Positions 60,770 to 64,000 of a DNA stretch of 64,000 bases are shown here, one piece after another. Source of the DNA: Deltaproteobacteria bacterium (GTDB taxonomy: Bacteria > CG03 > SLGR01 > JBDRKX01); NCBI GenBank assembly GCA_048634875.1, contig JAIVZN010000001.1, positions 3,858 through 67,857 of the forward strand, read 5' to 3'. Positions within the stretch are counted from its first letter, which is position 1. Each line of letters opens with the position of its first letter. A model generated the notes under the pieces. It had not been told where the DNA came from. It saw only the letters and a list, made by a program, of their open reading frames with translations, and made no database searches. A program made the position numbers and the translations under genes.

Positions 60770-61795
60770 TCTCCCAGTCCTTCCTTCGGGGGCATAGTTA
60801 ATAATGCCCCTTCACTCTGTCTTAGTTTTGTTGTCTCTTGACTTCATAAGTTCGCCTAAAAAACAGCCATTTAGGCTGTTTTTCTTTATGTCTCCGTTTA
60901 TGAGTATATCCGACCACCTTAATAACCTCCTTTGACTTCGGATTTCCCTTATACAAAGAAGCCTTTCGTTATCAAGGCTCTCCCAAGTTCCCTTCGTAAT
61001 CTTTCTCAGCATACCGCCCCTGATACCCCGAGTAGAGTCACCCCTTCTTACTCCTGTTAATCCAAGATGACTGTCGGGCTTCCCTCAAACATGAAAAGGT
61101 CGCCTCTACTTCTTAATGAACTAACGAGTCTACTTATAGGTTCATTCACATTACGGTCTGCTGTTTTGCGTCTCCCAACTAAATCGGGATTTGTCGAGTG
61201 GCTAAAGCTTCGAGATTAGTCCCTTATCTTCACTCCTCGCTACATAACCGAACAGGAAATTATTATGACTGACACCTTTCAGTCAGTTAGATTACAAAGA
61301 GCTTTTCTTGACATGCCATGTCCCTTTCTTATTATTGTTATATAATACATAGTTTTTAATTGCTTATCAAATTTTTTACCAACAATATCTCCGACAATAT
61401 AAATCAATGGGACAATATATACTATTTTAATCAAAGTTATTTTAGCACAAATTTTTCTTATGGGCAAATATGAGTCTTATCCCAAGACTGGATGGGTCAA
61501 GATATTTATTATTAAGGGTATGTTCAACATTACGAAAGATATTTGAAATATATGAGCAAGCGAAAAGACGATGTTGGCAATTACAATTAGAGTTTCAATA
61601 ATTGGAATAGTTGTTAATAACTTTTTGATATACAGGGATAAGGGGGATAAAAGGACAAGTGCATCCAAAAGTCTGGGTTTTGCCTGAATATATAGGGAAA
61701 TCTGGTTAGTACGGTGTAATTCCTTGACTTTTATTCCAAAGAAAGAAATATAGGATAGATTTTTTCAGCTAAAAAGCTGATTTTGGCGGAAGCCA

Positions 61796-61811
61796 GGAAC
61801 CAATATCGGTT
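61796..61811. promoter_or_regulatory. Perfect 5-6-5 palindrome GAACCaatatcGGTTC ~95 nt upstream of the secreted-repeat-protein gene (candidate operator)
   Basis: Seen directly; followed by AT-rich -10-like tataat at 61854-61859 and strong SD AAGGAGGA before ATG 61905. Confidence 0.35.
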
Positions 61812-61904
61812 CTTGGATCGTGAATTTATATTATACAATGATATAAAAAAGAAGTATAATTAATATGTATTTTCAAGGTTTTATAGATTTTAAGGAGGAT
61901 AATC

Positions 61905-64000
61905 ATGAGAATAAATAAGTTCTTTCCGAGAACGTTGGCATTTATTATCGCAGTACTGTTCTGTATCAGCGCTACTTCGTCATCGGCTGTACCAAGTTTA
62001 ATTAATTTTCAGGGCGTACTTAAGGATTCTGACGGTAAAGCTGTGGCTGGAAGCAAGAGTATTGTCTTTGATATTTATACCAAGGAAAGCGGCGGGAGTG
62101 CTGTATGGAGTGTAACGGAAGTTGTTTCACTTGATTCCAAAGGCTTATACAGCGTGATGCTTGATGTGAGCGAGCTGGATTTTGATGTCCAGTACTGGCT
62201 GGGGGTAGATGTGGCCGGAGATGGCGAGATGACCCCGAGATACAAATTGGCATGTACAGGATATGCGATGAATGCAAAGAAACTGGACGGCCATGTTGCG
62301 TCGTATTACCTCAACTGGTCTAATATAACTAATATGCCTGAGGAATTTTCTGACGGAGATGATATCGGAGCAGGTGAATCAATACTTGCTGTGCAGTTAA
62401 ATGACGTTAATATCTCAAGTCCAACTGCTGCGATTGATTTCAATTCAAGTCATTTCAGTGTGACAAAGGAGGGGAGCTATGAGTCTGATGTAAGCATAAC
62501 TACTGCCCCCTATGCCCTGATGGCTGGAACAGCGAGTTATGTCTCGGGTAATATGGACGCAAATACTCTGGACGGGCTGGACAGTGCAGCATTCCAGCTT
62601 GCTCTGGATACGCCGGCATGGAAGGCGGCTGACAGCGCAAAGTTAAACGGCAGGGCTTATACTGCTTATGTGTCTACAGATGCCATAGATCAGGTTATCG
62701 GAGGGACAAAGACCTTTGTTGCCCACCCGAAAATAGCTGTATATACTGCACCAATTGCTAATGAAGAATATGCTCCCAAGCAATATGTAGATGACAGTGC
62801 TGTGGCCGGAGCTGCTGTAAAGAGTGCCACTAACACGTTTACCGGACAGAATACTTTTGTGAATATGGTCACTGTTTCAAGTGATGTTCTTGTGACAGGA
62901 GGGCTTTCCGTGACCGGCCAGGGCGGATATTCTATTCAGACAAGTTCCGGGATTAAAGTGGGCGGATCGATAAATACGGGGGAGGATGGGACCGGATATG
63001 ATATTAACTTTTACGGAGATAGTTCCGGCGGCCGTTTTTTATGGGATGAAGCAAAAATGGCATTAAGAGCCGGCATAGACTCTGACGGGACTCACTGGGA
63101 TAATGATAATGTCGGTTCGCAGTCTCTTGCTACAGGCAGCAATTGTATTGCCAAGGGACAGTGCGCTGTAGCAATGGGTCAAGATTCCCACGCGCTTTAT
63201 CCTGCTTCTTTTGCTGTGGGAGGCAATGCGTATGCAATCAATAATTATGCAGTTGCAATGGGAGTTAATACTGTTGCTTTCGGACAGCAGTCATTCGCTA
63301 CTGGAGGGGCTACTTTAGCCAAGGGTATTTCTTCTACAGCAATGGGAGACAGTACTGTCGCCGGAGGAGATTATTCTTTTGCTGCGGGCAGAAAGTCAAG
63401 CGCAACAGCCCGGGGCGCATTTGCCATCTCAGATTCGGTGGAAGCACAGTTCCTGGTCGATACCCAGGATGCGTTCGGCGCAAGGTTTCAGGGGGGATAC
63501 AGTTTAACCGGTGGTGAGGTGAGTATTTCCAGTAATGTTGCGGTAAACGGTAAGCTTACAGTATCTGAAGCTGCGGGGTATTCGGGAGACATTGTCGTAG
63601 TATCAACCGGGGCAGTGAATCTGTTCCGGGTTAATTCATCCGGTGATGTATATGCGCATAAGGCTTTTCATGATACAGGAGCGGATTACGCGGAATGGTT
63701 CGAGAAGGAAGGCAGTATAGCAGAGAATGATGTAGTGGGCTTGAACGTCCTGACCGGGAAGGCAAGGAAGTACCTGAGAGGTGATGTTGTTTTAGGTGTC
63801 TGTTCATCAAATCCGGGTTTTGTGGGGAATAGGGATATAAATAAGAATGAAGAAGATATGAAGAGTAATCATGTACTTGTCGGGCTTATGGGCCAGCTGG
63901 ATTTTAATAAGGAACAGGTGGAGATTGCAGACGGCAGAGTGATAACAAAAGACGGGAAACAAATCGGATACCTTTTATCTAACGGGAATATGTTTTTAAG
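61905..64000 (+). CDS. Secreted tail-fibre-like / YadA-head-like beta-repeat protein, 5' portion (continues beyond window; not in ORF track)
   Basis: ATG with AAGGAGGA SD; signal peptide MRINKFFPRTLAFIIAVLFCISATSSSA; N-terminal INFQGVLKDSDGKAVAG...VFDIYTKESGGSAVWS module; then repeats of SxAxGxxAxAxG type. Confidence 0.7.
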   Translation, partial: MRINKFFPRTLAFIIAVLFCISATSSSAVPSLINFQGVLKDSDGKAVAGSKSIVFDIYTKESGGSAVWSVTEVVSLDSKGLYSVMLDVSELDFDVQYWLGVDVAGDGEMTPRYKLACTGYAMNAKKLDGHVASYYLNWSNITNMPEEFSDGDDIGAGESILAVQLNDVNISSPTAAIDFNSSHFSVTKEGSYESDVSITTAPYALMAGTASYVSGNMDANTLDGLDSAAFQLALDTPAWKAADSAKLNGRAYTAYVSTDAIDQVIGGTKTFVAHPKIAVYTAPIANEEYAPKQYVDDSAVAGAAVKSATNTFTGQNTFVNMVTVSSDVLVTGGLSVTGQGGYSIQTSSGIKVGGSINTGEDGTGYDINFYGDSSGGRFLWDEAKMALRAGIDSDGTHWDNDNVGSQSLATGSNCIAKGQCAVAMGQDSHALYPASFAVGGNAYAINNYAVAMGVNTVAFGQQSFATGGATLAKGISSTAMGDSTVAGGDYSFAAGRKSSATARGAFAISDSVEAQFLVDTQDAFGARFQGGYSLTGGEVSISSNVAVNGKLTVSEAAGYSGDIVVVSTGAVNLFRVNSSGDVYAHKAFHDTGADYAEWFEKEGSIAENDVVGLNVLTGKARKYLRGDVVLGVCSSNPGFVGNRDINKNEEDMKSNHVLVGLMGQLDFNKEQVEIADGRVITKDGKQIGYLLSNGNMFL

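Larger units (their letters stand above)
59300..61300 (-). mobile_element. Bacterial group II intron (boundaries approximate), IEP split by frameshift
   Basis: RT with RT0-7 incl. YADD, maturase X domain RGWANYF, candidate domain V AAGCCGTGTGAAGGAGAACTTCCTGCATGGTTT at 59414-59448 (minus sense) just downstream of ORF. Confidence 0.75.

Noticed and set aside
60812-61012. 66-aa ORF inside the intron 5' region
   Set aside because: Lies within predicted intron ribozyme domains I-III, no homology cues
1-64000. rRNA genes, transposases/IS elements, integrases, toxin-antitoxin pairs
   Set aside because: No 16S/23S/5S-like sequence or transposase/integrase-like ORFs recognised in any frame. The only mobile element is the group II intron, and the other repeats are non-coding

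Overview
Low-GC bacterial chromosome segment in which every gene from position 1 to about 47.1 kb lies on the minus strand. Reading along that strand from high to low coordinates, the order is: a tRNA-Thr(TGT)/Tyr(GTA)/Gly(TCC)/Thr(GGT) cluster, then tuf, rpmG, tRNA-Trp, secE, nusG, rplK, rplA, rplJ, rplL, rpoB and rpoC, then rpsL, rpsG, fusA and a second tuf, then the complete S10/spc/alpha ribosomal-protein block (rpsJ through rplQ, including secY, adk, map, infA, rpmJ and rpoA), then mreB, mreC, mreD, mrdA and rodA. Next come a radical SAM pair with RNase G, a standalone Fe-S PD-(D/E)XK nuclease, and a PPC(DUF296)/rplU/rpmA/proB/proA/nadD operon. The plus strand first appears at 47.2 kb with an M23 peptidase/bactofilin pair. 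After that a minus-strand nucleoside and nucleotide salvage cluster follows: dGTPase, cdd, add, a P-loop kinase, a TIM-barrel sugar-phosphate isomerase, a PfkB kinase, MTA phosphorylase, a Pur-alpha-like protein, a DHH phosphoesterase, and pyrimidine and purine nucleoside phosphorylases. The window ends with a group II intron (frameshifted reverse transcriptase/maturase) and the 5' part of a large secreted tail-fibre-like repeat protein. The region is dense in structured intergenic repeats: a ~130-200 bp composite hairpin element (4 copies); an ~85-110 bp hairpin repeat that sits exactly at three intercistronic junctions inside the spc operon and once between tRNAs; a GTAAAGCGTAAA hairpin family around tRNAs and rplJ-rplL; and short tandem purine-rich SD-like motifs (GGAGATTAG and GTTGAAAGTGG in mRNA sense) in leaders. 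I found no rRNA, CRISPR array or transposase. The least-described candidate system is the nucleoside-phosphorylase cluster with the unusual kinase and isomerase trio, followed by the operon-embedded hairpin repeats.
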